Assembly: GCA_964606735.1 (NCBI GenBank)
Contig: CAZSHI010000007.1
Location: 13,630 to 77,629, forward strand
Length of the DNA stretch: 64,000 bases
Direction: 5' to 3'
DNA from: an uncultured Enterobacteriaceae bacterium
GTDB taxonomy: Bacteria > Pseudomonadota > Gammaproteobacteria > Pseudomonadales > Pseudohongiellaceae
A program made the position numbers and the translations under genes. Under the pieces are notes generated by a model. That model did no database searches. It was not told the DNA's origin and was given only the letters and a program-made list of their open reading frames with translations. Shown here in pieces: positions 1-9,546 of the stretch; within the stretch, counting starts at the first letter, position 1; every line of letters begins with the position of its first letter.

Positions 1-89
1 GGTACCGAACCGGTCATGGCAAAACCGCCCATGAGCATTCCGCCTTTGAGTAAATCTCTTTTGCTCTTATCTTGTTCTTGTTCTGACAT
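1..89 (-). CDS. 5' end of an unidentified CDS running off the window edge. N-terminus is MSEQEQDKSKRDLLKGGMLMGGFAMTGSV, a possible Tat-like (KR variant) signal.
   Basis: ATG (complement of 87-89) is preceded by GGAGGGG (complement of 93-99). The frame is open to position 1. It is absent from the ORF track because it is truncated. Same strand as, and just downstream of, the 155-1474 gene. Confidence 0.35.
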   Translation of the reverse strand, partial: MSEQEQDKSKRDLLKGGMLMGGFAMTGSV

Positions 90-154
90 ATGCCCCTCCA
101 CTGATTTGAACGATGATTATTTAGCCGGGGGCAGGGGCTGTCAAGGGAGAAGAT

Positions 155-1474
155 TCAGGGCAAGCTGTTTGCCTGAAATACCGGCAGTTCATCAATCTCT
201 TGTTCAATATCGCTTATACGCAAGTCATAAGCTTCTGAATTGCGGCTGCCATAACGGCGAATAAACTCCTCCTCACTGATACCGTCCGGCCTGCCCACCG
301 GCGGCATAAAGGAATCTTCGCGTTCTACTGCAGCAAAAAATCGCTGCAGATTTTCGGCAGCAGATTCACTGGCATTACTCAGTATGCCAAGTCGGGTACC
401 TACCCGGTTGGCGGTCATGTCACTGAAGCTAAAGCCAGAACTTGTTCGGCTGTCCTGCACCTCTTTATAGACCGCCAGGATATCGGCAAGGTCATTGTCG
501 GCATAAGCAGCAATGGCTGCTGAAGCAATCAGGTGCCTGGGAAGGTCATCACGTGACTCCAGTGTGATTCTCAGTTGTCGGGCCTGGTCCAGTTCGGTAG
601 ACAGAGGCCCCAGCAGGTCTGCCAGTTCCAGTTCACTGAGCACGTAAGCACTGAGAACAGTGAAGATGGCACGATTTTCTTCCTGTGGGTTGCCTGGCGT
701 AACCAAGGCATGAGAGAACAGCGGCGCCAACAGTTCTATGAGGCTGGCAGAGCGACGATTACCGGGTATGTCTGTCAGGATTTCCTGCAGTCTGCGCTGA
801 TAGCTGAGCAGCTGTTCTGCCGTCTGCGGATCAATTAATAACTGTCGGACGAGGCCTTGCAGGCTGAGCAGGCTTTCGGATTCCCAGTTCAGGCCAAACT
901 CGATGTGCTGGTCAGCAATCCTGATACTGTTAATGGATGCCAGGACAGCCGAGGCAAGCTGGAAATTGGGGTATGTACTTAAGGCAGACCTGAGCTTATC
1001 CAGCAGGGTTTGAACGATGAAAGCCGGAATTTCATGGCTAGAAAGTTGCAGCCCTGTGAGCATAAGCTGCTCGCCATCCACGACAAAGCGGGCAGAAAAG
1101 TTCAGGTAGTTGCCGAATATACTTGGCTTTAAAGCCACACTACCGTGTAGAGTCGCCAGTTCGCTCTGAAAGGCCAGTTCGGCTCCCAGGCCCTCGATCC
1201 ATTCGTTGTCAGTATTTATCACCTGTCGGATGAGATAAGTGAGCAGGGCATTGCTTTCTTGTTCATTTAGTTCTATCAGCAAGCTATCGCTTCCACCGAG
1301 CAAGCCGGGTCCATTATTGAGGACAATTCCCTGAATATCTTCCAGCTGTTGGCGGGAAAGTTGCGTGTTCAGTGCAGTTATGGGCTGCTCTTCCAGCAGG
1401 ATGAACAGCATCAAAAAGGGCAGGCTGAGAATGAAAAGCCCAGATACACCGAGTAAATAAGAAAAAAACCTCAT
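155..1474 (-). CDS. Hypothetical membrane-anchored protein, 439 aa, with no recognisable family.
   Basis: Long ORF. One N-terminal hydrophobic helix (LLGVSGLFILSLPFLMLFILL) is followed by a Leu/Glu/Gln-rich, probably helical domain. I recognise no catalytic motif. Confidence 0.6.
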   Translation of the reverse strand: MRFFSYLLGVSGLFILSLPFLMLFILLEEQPITALNTQLSRQQLEDIQGIVLNNGPGLLGGSDSLLIELNEQESNALLTYLIRQVINTDNEWIEGLGAELAFQSELATLHGSVALKPSIFGNYLNFSARFVVDGEQLMLTGLQLSSHEIPAFIVQTLLDKLRSALSTYPNFQLASAVLASINSIRIADQHIEFGLNWESESLLSLQGLVRQLLIDPQTAEQLLSYQRRLQEILTDIPGNRRSASLIELLAPLFSHALVTPGNPQEENRAIFTVLSAYVLSELELADLLGPLSTELDQARQLRITLESRDDLPRHLIASAAIAAYADNDLADILAVYKEVQDSRTSSGFSFSDMTANRVGTRLGILSNASESAAENLQRFFAAVEREDSFMPPVGRPDGISEEEFIRRYGSRNSEAYDLRISDIEQEIDELPVFQANSLP

Positions 1475-1587
1475 CCAAACAGTATACTTAGCTGCTTACA
1501 CCGTGGGTAGTTGTCAGTTTAAAGTTTATTACAAGGCCAGTATTTGCGGTATCATTCGCCCCTCATTGCAAAAACAGTTCGGAACTC

Positions 1588-2199
1588 ATGAAGAGCATCA
1601 AACAAAGCTTAAAACTTCTACTTATCGGATTTGTCGTGTTTTTAGTCGCCTGTGCCACCGAAAATGTGCCTTCGCAGGCGCAGATTGAGGAAGAACAGGC
1701 TATGCGGCAGGCGCAAGAGGCGGCTGAAGCACAGCGTATTGAAAGGCAGCAGGCTGAAGAACTGGCACGGCAGGAAGCATTGGAGGCACAACGTCAGGCT
1801 GAGGAAGCTCGCCAGGCAGCAAGACAACGGGAACTGGAAGACCAGGAAGCCAGACGACTTGCCGAAGAAGCCCGACTGGCAGCACAGCGTGAAGCCGAAG
1901 CCTTGCGGGCGGCTCAGGAGCTTGCCCGGCAGCAGGCGCGTGTGGAAGAACTAAGAGCCAGAGTCGCTGAAGTCAATGCGCAAACACAGGCAATGCGCAG
2001 TGCCAATACAGTGCTTAACGATGCACTGCTCGCAGCTGAAGCCCTCAGCGATGCACTGGATGAAGAAAGTGAAAAGTTCAGTGCAATGGATGAAGAAACT
2101 GCCGAATTGAGCGTTGAGGTCGATGAAGAAAGGCTACAAAGGCTCAGCGAGGAATTGCAGCGTTTACAGGCTGAAGCGGCGAGGCTGCAAGCACAATAA
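1588..2199 (+). CDS. Lipoprotein with a long, highly charged Glu/Arg/Ala/Gln helical region (coiled coil or single alpha-helix).
   Basis: Signal peptide with lipobox FLVAC. About 150 residues follow of the type QAEEARQAARQRELEDQEARRLAEEARLAAQREAEALRAAQ. Confidence 0.7.
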   Translation: MKSIKQSLKLLLIGFVVFLVACATENVPSQAQIEEEQAMRQAQEAAEAQRIERQQAEELARQEALEAQRQAEEARQAARQRELEDQEARRLAEEARLAAQREAEALRAAQELARQQARVEELRARVAEVNAQTQAMRSANTVLNDALLAAEALSDALDEESEKFSAMDEETAELSVEVDEERLQRLSEELQRLQAEAARLQAQ

Positions 2200-2304
2200 T
2201 CCCCCGTTCTTAACTTTGTTTGTGAACAGCGTTGTGGTAAAGTGCGCGGGTTTTTTTAACTCAATTTATTAACTCATTAAACTCATGCAAACGGAGAAAA
2301 CCGG

Positions 2305-4437
2305 ATGACAATTGCGTTGATTTTTATCCTCTCCCTGTTGGGCCTGGCTATTGCCTTTTATTATATGAAAAAGGTGACATCCATCCCGGTCGATTTGGGC
2401 CTGAATCAGGAAGAAGGTGAGCGTCTGAAAACCATTCATGGTGCTATCGCTGAAGGGGCTATGGCCTTCTTGAAACAGGAATACAAATACCTGGGCGTGT
2501 TCATGATTGCCTTTGCGGTGGTCATTGCTGTGCTGATCGATGATACCCACACTGAAGGTGTCAGAGAGGGGATCTACACAGCCATCGCTTTTCTATTCGG
2601 CGCCTTGATTTCCATTGTATCCGGTTACATCGGTATGAAAGTGGCAACTGCCGGTAACGCCCGTACCACCGTTTCAGCCCGTAACAACATAGCTGATGCT
2701 TTTGTGGTAGCGATGAACTCCGGGGCGGTCATGGGTTTTGCTCTGGTCGGTCTGGCGACACTGGGTCTGATGATCATTTACCTGGTCATGCAGGCACTGT
2801 TGCCCGATGTTGAGAACAATGTACTGATGGAAGTGATTGCCGGTTTTGGATTGGGTGGTTCGTCAATCGCTCTGTTTGCCCGTGTTGGGGGCGGTATTTT
2901 TACCAAAGCCGCCGACGTCGGAGCAGACTTGGTGGGTAAGGTTGAAAAGGGCATTCCGGAAGATGATCCACGCAATCCGGCTGTGATTGCCGATAACGTC
3001 GGTGATAATGTCGGTGACGTTGCTGGGATGGGAGCTGACCTGTTTGGCTCCTGTGCAGAAAGTACCTGTGCTGCCCTAGTGATTTCAGCAATTGCCTTTT
3101 CGGCTGATCTCAATGCCATGCTTTACCCGATCATGATTTCAGCAGTTGGCATTCCTGTCAGTCTGGTGACTAAGATGCTGGTAAGGGTTCACACCGAAGA
3201 ACAAGTAGCACCGGCCCTAAAGAAATTGCTGATTATTTCCTCAGTACTGATGGCTGTGGTCATCTTCTTCTTTACCAGCTGGATGATTCCTGAAGAGTTT
3301 GTCATCAATGGTGAAGCTTATTCTGATATGGGCGTCTACTGGTGTTTCCTGTCTGGTTTGATTGCTGGACTTGCTGTTGGTCTGTTGACTGAGTATTACA
3401 CATCAGACATGTACAAGCCGGTTCAGGATGTTGCCAAATCCTGTGAAACAGGCGCTGCGACCAATATCATATTTGGGCTGGCCCTGGGGTATAAATCGAC
3501 CGTTCTGCCCTATCTGGCGATTGCGATTTCAATTTTTATTTCCTGGGAGCTCGCTGGCATGTACGGTATTGCCATCGCCTCACTGGGTATGCTGGGAACA
3601 CTGGCAATTGCGCTGACCATTGATGCCTATGGTCCGGTTGCTGATAACGCCGGTGGTATTGCCGAAATGGTTGGTCTGGACAAGGAAGTACGCCGTCGCA
3701 CCGATATCTTGGATTCCGCCGGTAACACCACGGCAGCGATCGGTAAAGGTTTTGCGATTGGCGCCGCTATCCTGACCTCGCTGGCTCTGTTTTCGGCTTT
3801 CCTGACGCACTCGGAAAATCTCATGCGTGAAAACATGGGTGAGAATTTCAGTCTGATTTCCTCCATTACTTTGCTGGATCCAGTAGTATTCACCAGCCTG
3901 TTTGTCGGTGCCGTATTACCCTTCCTGTTCACCGCCATGACCATGCAGTCAGTCGGTGCTGCAGCTTTCGACATGATTGAAGAAGTGCGCCGTCAGTTTC
4001 GTGAAATTCCCGGCATCATGGAAGGGCAGGGACGTCCGCAATATGGTCAGTGTGTGGCTATATCCACCAAGGCCGCGCTGCGAGAAATGATCGCCCCTGG
4101 AGTGCTGATTATGGGAACTCCTCTGGTGGTTGGCTTTCTGTTCGGGGTGCCTGCAGTTGCGGGTATTTTGGCAGGCTCACTGGTCGCTGGTGGCGTGCTG
4201 GCCATCGCCTCTTCCAACAGTGGTGGTGCCTGGGATAATGCCAAGAAATACATCGAGGCTGGCAATCTGGGCGGCAAAGGCTCTGATGCCCATAAAGCTG
4301 CCGTTATCGGTGATACCGTCGGTGACCCGCTCAAAGACACCTCAGGTCCTTCACTGAATATCCTGATTAAACTGTCCGCTATTCTGAGTCTGGTGTTTGC
4401 CCCGTTCTTTGTGAACTATGGTGGCATCTTACTGTAA
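2305..4437 (+). CDS. hppA: Membrane-bound proton-translocating pyrophosphatase with the K+-dependent (type I, plant-like) signature.
   Basis: 710 aa and polytopic. Motifs present: [51 protein letters not shown]. Confidence 0.95.
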   Translation: MTIALIFILSLLGLAIAFYYMKKVTSIPVDLGLNQEEGERLKTIHGAIAEGAMAFLKQEYKYLGVFMIAFAVVIAVLIDDTHTEGVREGIYTAIAFLFGALISIVSGYIGMKVATAGNARTTVSARNNIADAFVVAMNSGAVMGFALVGLATLGLMIIYLVMQALLPDVENNVLMEVIAGFGLGGSSIALFARVGGGIFTKAADVGADLVGKVEKGIPEDDPRNPAVIADNVGDNVGDVAGMGADLFGSCAESTCAALVISAIAFSADLNAMLYPIMISAVGIPVSLVTKMLVRVHTEEQVAPALKKLLIISSVLMAVVIFFFTSWMIPEEFVINGEAYSDMGVYWCFLSGLIAGLAVGLLTEYYTSDMYKPVQDVAKSCETGAATNIIFGLALGYKSTVLPYLAIAISIFISWELAGMYGIAIASLGMLGTLAIALTIDAYGPVADNAGGIAEMVGLDKEVRRRTDILDSAGNTTAAIGKGFAIGAAILTSLALFSAFLTHSENLMRENMGENFSLISSITLLDPVVFTSLFVGAVLPFLFTAMTMQSVGAAAFDMIEEVRRQFREIPGIMEGQGRPQYGQCVAISTKAALREMIAPGVLIMGTPLVVGFLFGVPAVAGILAGSLVAGGVLAIASSNSGGAWDNAKKYIEAGNLGGKGSDAHKAAVIGDTVGDPLKDTSGPSLNILIKLSAILSLVFAPFFVNYGGILL

Positions 4438-4461
4438 TTGCTAGACAGCATAGCTGTATCA

Positions 4462-4487
4462 AAGGGGCCTTATTGGCCCCTTTTTTA
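4462..4487 (+). terminator. Rho-independent terminator after hppA.
   Basis: AAGGGGCC-ttatt-GGCCCCTT hairpin followed by a T6 run. Confidence 0.8.
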
Positions 4488-4769
4488 TTAATAAAATCCA
4501 GTGTTGCTGGGGAGCCTGATTAACCTGAACTGGGCATCCACTGAAATGTCTTTTCCCGATAAAGTGCGAGGACCACTGCACGATAAAAACAGGAGGGAAA
4601 GTTCGAAGGGTGTGCAGGCGTGATAGCCCGCAATACAGCTAGAAAATGTTTTAAGCCAAAATTCCGGAAAATAAATTTTCTGGTTTTATAAGGCTATCTG
4701 TTCAAAGCCGGCTCTCCAGCTTTACCTTGCTCCTGATATAATCGGCGGGAATTTAACAAAGAGAGCCTT

Positions 4770-5612
4770 ATGAAACAGCATCCTGAAAATGAAAACCCCA
4801 ACCTGGCAGGCATCAAGCATATTATCGTGGTTTCCTCTGGTAAGGGAGGAGTGGGCAAATCCACGACAGCGGTCAATCTAGCACTTGCACTGAAATCGCT
4901 CGGTGCCAGCGTCGGCCTCTATGATGCCGATATTTATGGCCCCAGTATTCCGACCATGCTCGGTCTGCCAGATGGCACCCGACCGGAAATTGTCGATGAA
5001 CGCACCATGAAACCGGTACAGGCGCATGGGATCGCGTGTCATTCAGTCGGCTTTCTGGTGGACCAGCGTCAGGCAATGGCCTGGCGAGGGCCCATGGTGG
5101 TGGGCGCTTTTAACCAGATTCTAAATGATACCCAGTGGGGGGAACTCGACTACCTGGTCGTCGACATGCCGCCGGGTACCGGTGATATTCAGCTCAGTCT
5201 GGCGCAGTCTCTCGCTGTCAGCGGCTCTGTCATTGTCACCACGCCACAGGACATAGCCCTGCTGGATGCCCAGCGGGGTATTGAGATGTTCCGCAAAGTT
5301 GGTATTCCCATACTGGGAGTCGTGGAGAATATGGCTCAGCACATTTGCAGTGAGTGTGGACACATGGAGCATATTTTCGGTCAGGGGGGCGCCAGGCGCA
5401 TTGCTGAGACATATGCGGTAGATGTTCTGGGTTCCCTACCGCTGGACAAGGCAATACGGGAGCACAGTGACGAGGGCCTTCCCATCGTTGTTGCTGACCC
5501 TGAGAATCCTGTCAGTCTGCTTTACCGACAGATTGCTGCACTGGTGGATGAGGCCGTGAAAGATCTCGACAGCAGTTTGAGTGCGCCCAAGATCAGCATC
5601 ATGGATGATTAG
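4770..5612 (+). CDS. apbC: Fe-S cluster carrier ATPase, Mrp/ApbC family.
   Basis: Deviant Walker A SSGKGGVGKST and the CSECGH (CxxC) motif. TGATATAAT (4734-4742), an extended -10, lies upstream. Confidence 0.9.
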   Translation: MKQHPENENPNLAGIKHIIVVSSGKGGVGKSTTAVNLALALKSLGASVGLYDADIYGPSIPTMLGLPDGTRPEIVDERTMKPVQAHGIACHSVGFLVDQRQAMAWRGPMVVGAFNQILNDTQWGELDYLVVDMPPGTGDIQLSLAQSLAVSGSVIVTTPQDIALLDAQRGIEMFRKVGIPILGVVENMAQHICSECGHMEHIFGQGGARRIAETYAVDVLGSLPLDKAIREHSDEGLPIVVADPENPVSLLYRQIAALVDEAVKDLDSSLSAPKISIMDD

Positions 5613-6124
5613 TCAGTTGACTTGAGATCTCTCAAGTATTTGAATAACTTGCGGCTGGCCTGCGGAGGCTTGTTAGCGTCTTTTTCTTTGATTGCCAGAC
5701 GGATCAATTGCCTCAGATACTGGATATCCAGATCGGGATGTTCCTGTATAAGAGCCTGTAGAGTATCTTCCGAACCCTCCAGCAAGGCTTCACGGGTGAG
5801 CTCTAATTGCTGAAACAGACGCCTGTCATGATTGGCCTGCTGCTGGTCCTTTGCAATGACCTGTTCTATCGTCGAGGTATCAATCTGGCGCATCAATTTA
5901 CCAATATATTGCAGCTGGCGCCGGCGTGCTTCATGCTTGTTTGGCAAGCGCTTGTATTCGTTTATGGCGGCCAACAAATCTTCCGGTAACTGGCATTTCT
6001 GCAGGTTTGCGGCATCCATGCTGATAAGCGTCTGGCCGAGTTCCTGCAGGGCCAGCATTTCACGTTTGCGCTGACTCTTGCTGACGACAAAATCCTGGTC
6101 TGTTTCCTGGTTTTGTTCAATCAT
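5609..6124 (-). CDS. yjgA: Ribosome-associated protein of the YjgA/DarP (DUF615) family.
   Basis: 171 aa and highly charged. SKSQRKREMLALQELG and the downstream helical pattern are typical of YjgA. Its stop codon overlaps the apbC stop by 4 nt (convergent). Confidence 0.8.
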   Translation of the reverse strand: MIEQNQETDQDFVVSKSQRKREMLALQELGQTLISMDAANLQKCQLPEDLLAAINEYKRLPNKHEARRRQLQYIGKLMRQIDTSTIEQVIAKDQQQANHDRRLFQQLELTREALLEGSEDTLQALIQEHPDLDIQYLRQLIRLAIKEKDANKPPQASRKLFKYLRDLKSTD

Positions 6125-6126
6125 GT

Positions 6127-7485
6127 TTAATAAAAAAGGGCGGCAAAACCGAGAAATGAAAGAAAACCAACCACGTCGGTAATGGTGGTGAGAACCACCG
6201 AACCGGCCAGTGCCGGATCAATATTAAGGCGTTTGAGGAATAGTGGCAGGAAGGCGCCGGAAAGGGCGGCTGTTACCAGATTGACAATCATGGCGCCGGC
6301 AAAAATATAGCCCAGTTTATTGTCATCAAACCAGATGATGGCAATCACTGCCGCTACCAGAGCCCACAGAATGCCATTGAAGAAGCCGACACCCAGTTCA
6401 CGCCACATCAGCCAGATTGAATTGGTCCGTCCGATCTGGCCAAGCGCCATGCCGCGGATCACCAGTGTGAGTGTCTGATTGCCAGCGACGCCACCCATGC
6501 TAGCCACGATGGTCATCAATACGGCAAGTGCAACAACCTGGTCAATGGTTTCAGAAAATCGATTGATAACCAGCGCTGCCAGAAAGGCTGTGATCAGGTT
6601 GAGGCCCAACCAGATGGCTCGTCGTTTGGCTGTTTTTAGGACCGGGGCAAAAGCGTCGTCTTCTTCATCCAGGCCCGCCATACCCAAGAAAGCGTGGTCG
6701 GCATCCTCACGGATTACATCGACGATATCATCAATAGTGATGCGTCCTAGCAGTTTACCATTTTCATCCACTACCGGAGCGGATACCCAGTCCATTCTTT
6801 CAAAGAGCTGGGCGACTTCATTGTCGGGCATGCTTACCGGAATGGCTTCGAAGTCGGTAATCATGACATCACCGACCGTCAGATTGGGGTCAGAAACCAG
6901 CACTTTACGTAAAGGCAGCAAGCCAACCAAGTGGTCGTCACGGCTGACCACCAGAATATTGTCGGTCATGCTGGGAATTTCATCATGGCGTCGCAGATAG
7001 CGCAGGACTACATCCAGAGTGTGGCTGCGACGGACTGTGATGGTGTCTGTATTGAGCAGGCCACCAGCCGTGTCTTCCGGGTAGGAGAGCACACTCTCAA
7101 GGCGGGCGCGGTCCTGTTCGCCCATGGCCAGCAGAACCTCATTGATCACCTGGTCCGGTAACTGTTGCAGAATGTCGGCCAGGTCGTCCGTTTCCAGACC
7201 TTCGGTCAGGCTGGCAACTTCTTCCGGTGTCAGCCGGTTGAGGATTTCACTCTGAATATCCTCATTCAGGTAATTAAGTACTTCACCTTCATTGTCTTTG
7301 CCAACAAGACGCCATAATACTTCTCGTGATTTGTGTGGTGAAGATTCCAGCAGGTGAGCAATAGTTGCTGTAGGCAGGGCATTGAGCATCTGCCTGACGT
7401 GAACAAAAGAGCCGCTGTCCAGAGCCGTGGTCAACGCTTCCAGATGTTCATGAGCCTGTATTTTATTATCGCCCGGCTGCAACAT
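6127..7485 (-). CDS. mgtE: Magnesium transporter MgtE.
   Basis: N-domain, CBS pair and 5-TM C-terminal domain in the usual order. 452 aa. Confidence 0.93.
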   Translation of the reverse strand: MLQPGDNKIQAHEHLEALTTALDSGSFVHVRQMLNALPTATIAHLLESSPHKSREVLWRLVGKDNEGEVLNYLNEDIQSEILNRLTPEEVASLTEGLETDDLADILQQLPDQVINEVLLAMGEQDRARLESVLSYPEDTAGGLLNTDTITVRRSHTLDVVLRYLRRHDEIPSMTDNILVVSRDDHLVGLLPLRKVLVSDPNLTVGDVMITDFEAIPVSMPDNEVAQLFERMDWVSAPVVDENGKLLGRITIDDIVDVIREDADHAFLGMAGLDEEDDAFAPVLKTAKRRAIWLGLNLITAFLAALVINRFSETIDQVVALAVLMTIVASMGGVAGNQTLTLVIRGMALGQIGRTNSIWLMWRELGVGFFNGILWALVAAVIAIIWFDDNKLGYIFAGAMIVNLVTAALSGAFLPLFLKRLNIDPALAGSVVLTTITDVVGFLSFLGFAALFY

Positions 7486-7578
7486 GCTTCAATGGAAAGA
7501 CAAATAATGAAAGATGCAGGTATTATAACAGTGCGGCATCAGCAAAGTCCCTGAAACTCAATGCAGTAATGAAAATAC

Positions 7579-9261
7579 ATGTTTGCGAGCAAGAGGCAAA
7601 TTGGCCTTGCCCTGATAATTATTTTTGCCTTTTCGTCACTGGCCTGGTTTTTCCAGATTCGTAGCGGGACTGATGAGTATCACTGGTACAGCATTCTGCC
7701 GCCAGTTTTTGCTGTCGCCTGTGCGATTGCAACCCGACATCTGTTGTTGAGCCTCAGTGCTGGAGTTATCAGTGGTTCACTCTTGATCAATGTGCCCTCT
7801 GCGCCATTGCAGTTTGAATCTTGGTCAGACAGTGTTATCACCCTGCTATTACAGCTCTGGAATGTGATAAGTGACCCTTTCAATCTTTCGGTACTGGCCT
7901 TCATCATACTCATGCTGATCATGATCTCTGTCGTGATTCTGTCTGGTGGCTTGCTGGCTATCGTGTCCTGGCTGGAACGTTTTGCACAGGGACCGCGTTC
8001 AACCCAGTTTGTCACAAGCCTGATGGGTTTTCTGGTTTTTATTGATGACTATGCCAATGTGATGATTGTTGGATCGTCCATGCGGCCGATCAGTGATGCC
8101 ATGAAAATAAGCCGGGAAAAGCTGGCTTTTCTGGTTGATGCTACCAGTGCGCCGGTAGCCGGTATCGCCCTGATGTCAACCTGGATTGGCTATGAAGTCG
8201 GCATCTTTGCTGAGGTCAGTACTTCTCTGGGATTCAACCGCGATGCCTATTCCATGTTTCTGGATGCTCTGAGCTTTCGGTTTTACTGCATCTTTATGAT
8301 CCTGTTTATTCTGATAAACGTGTGGTCAGGCCGTGAGTTTGGCAGCATGTTAAAGGCTGAACGCCGCAGCAGGACAGGCGCCATTGTCGCCGAGGATGCC
8401 GTACTGCCGACTAAAATTGAAAATGAAGTGAAACCTGATGAGCAGGCTACAATCAGGGCATCAACGGCGCTGCTTCCCATTGGCGTTTTATTTTTAATTC
8501 TGTTTGCAGGTCTCTGGCTGGATGGTGGCGGACTTGCTTTGTTGTCGGAGTCCATGGGAGCTCTCCTGAGTTTCACCGCCTGGCGCAATGTCATTTCTGC
8601 CTCTGAGAATAATGTTCAGGTGCTGATTGTAGCCGGAGCCTTCTCCCTGCTTACGGCGCTTATCTGCACTGTGTTGCTGGCCAGGCTTTCGTTTGAGCGC
8701 ATTCTGCCGGCAGTCAAAAAAGGTGCCAGGTCTTCTTTCTACCCCTGGGTAATCCTGATATTGGCCTGGTCGCTGGGGGGTATCTGCGAGCAAATTCAAA
8801 CGGGGCCATTTCTGGTGGCTGTTACTGGTGAGGCGATCCCTGCCTTTATCTACCCGCTGATCGTGTTCTTGCTGAGTGCGGCCGCTGCACTGGCAACCGG
8901 AACATCCTGGGGCACCATGGCCATTTTTATTCCCATCACCTCACAGCTGGCTTTTCAACTGGATGGAGGGAGTTATGGGCTGATTACCATGATGAGTCTT
9001 GCGGCGGTACTCGATGGAGCCATTTTCGGGGATCACTGTTCCCCGATATCCGATACGACCATTATGAGTTCGATCTCAACATCCTGTGACCACCTGCATC
9101 ACGTCAGAACGCAGTTTCCCTATGCAACACTGGTTGCCTGCTGCGCCATGGGACTGGGTTATTTGCCGGCAGTAGCAGGACTGGGATTGAGTGCTTCGAT
9201 AGCCCTGGCAGTAGCCGTCTTTATGGGTTTTTTGAAAATCTTTGCAAAGAAGGTGGATTGA
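7579..9261 (+). CDS. NhaC-family Na+/H+ antiporter-like membrane transporter.
   Basis: 560 aa and polytopic. The segment FIDDYANVMIVGSSMRPISD resembles NhaC-type (COG1757-like) carriers. Substrate not determinable. Confidence 0.65.
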   Translation: MFASKRQIGLALIIIFAFSSLAWFFQIRSGTDEYHWYSILPPVFAVACAIATRHLLLSLSAGVISGSLLINVPSAPLQFESWSDSVITLLLQLWNVISDPFNLSVLAFIILMLIMISVVILSGGLLAIVSWLERFAQGPRSTQFVTSLMGFLVFIDDYANVMIVGSSMRPISDAMKISREKLAFLVDATSAPVAGIALMSTWIGYEVGIFAEVSTSLGFNRDAYSMFLDALSFRFYCIFMILFILINVWSGREFGSMLKAERRSRTGAIVAEDAVLPTKIENEVKPDEQATIRASTALLPIGVLFLILFAGLWLDGGGLALLSESMGALLSFTAWRNVISASENNVQVLIVAGAFSLLTALICTVLLARLSFERILPAVKKGARSSFYPWVILILAWSLGGICEQIQTGPFLVAVTGEAIPAFIYPLIVFLLSAAAALATGTSWGTMAIFIPITSQLAFQLDGGSYGLITMMSLAAVLDGAIFGDHCSPISDTTIMSSISTSCDHLHHVRTQFPYATLVACCAMGLGYLPAVAGLGLSASIALAVAVFMGFLKIFAKKVD

Positions 9262-9528
9262 CTAGTCTTCGTCGAAGTTATTGGCGACCAGTGCGGTGAT
9301 GGCTGAAAGTGCTTCCAATTCATCATTGCCATCGACTTTCACATCCAGAACCGTACCAGGTGATGCGGCCAGTAGCATGATGGAGAGAATGCTCTTGCCG
9401 TCGACCATCTTTTCGTGGGTGCCAATTTCAATCAGGCAGTCATAATTACTGATGGTTTCAACCAGCTTGGCAGCAGCACGGGCGTGCAGCCCGGCTTTAT
9501 TATTGATGGTTATTTTATCTTCGATCAT
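9262..9528 (-). CDS. ptsO: HPr-like phosphocarrier NPr of the nitrogen PTS.
   Basis: 88 aa. Active-site GLHARAA. Located after rapZ, as in the canonical rpoN operon. Confidence 0.88.
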   Translation of the reverse strand: MIEDKITINNKAGLHARAAAKLVETISNYDCLIEIGTHEKMVDGKSILSIMLLAASPGTVLDVKVDGNDELEALSAITALVANNFDED

Positions 9529-9546
9529 GGTTCCGGCAGAACTTCC

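Noticed and set aside
16-264. 82-aa plus-strand ORF at the window start.
   Set aside because: It overlaps the 3' end of the 155-1474 gene and the well-initiated minus-strand gene at 1-89. It has no RBS and odd composition.
1680-2199. Repetitive-looking nucleotide sequence (GAAGC/GCAGG-rich), considered as a tandem repeat or CRISPR-like array.
   Set aside because: The periodicity is only the codon-level reflection of the Glu/Ala/Arg/Gln protein tract. There are no exact repeat units or spacers.
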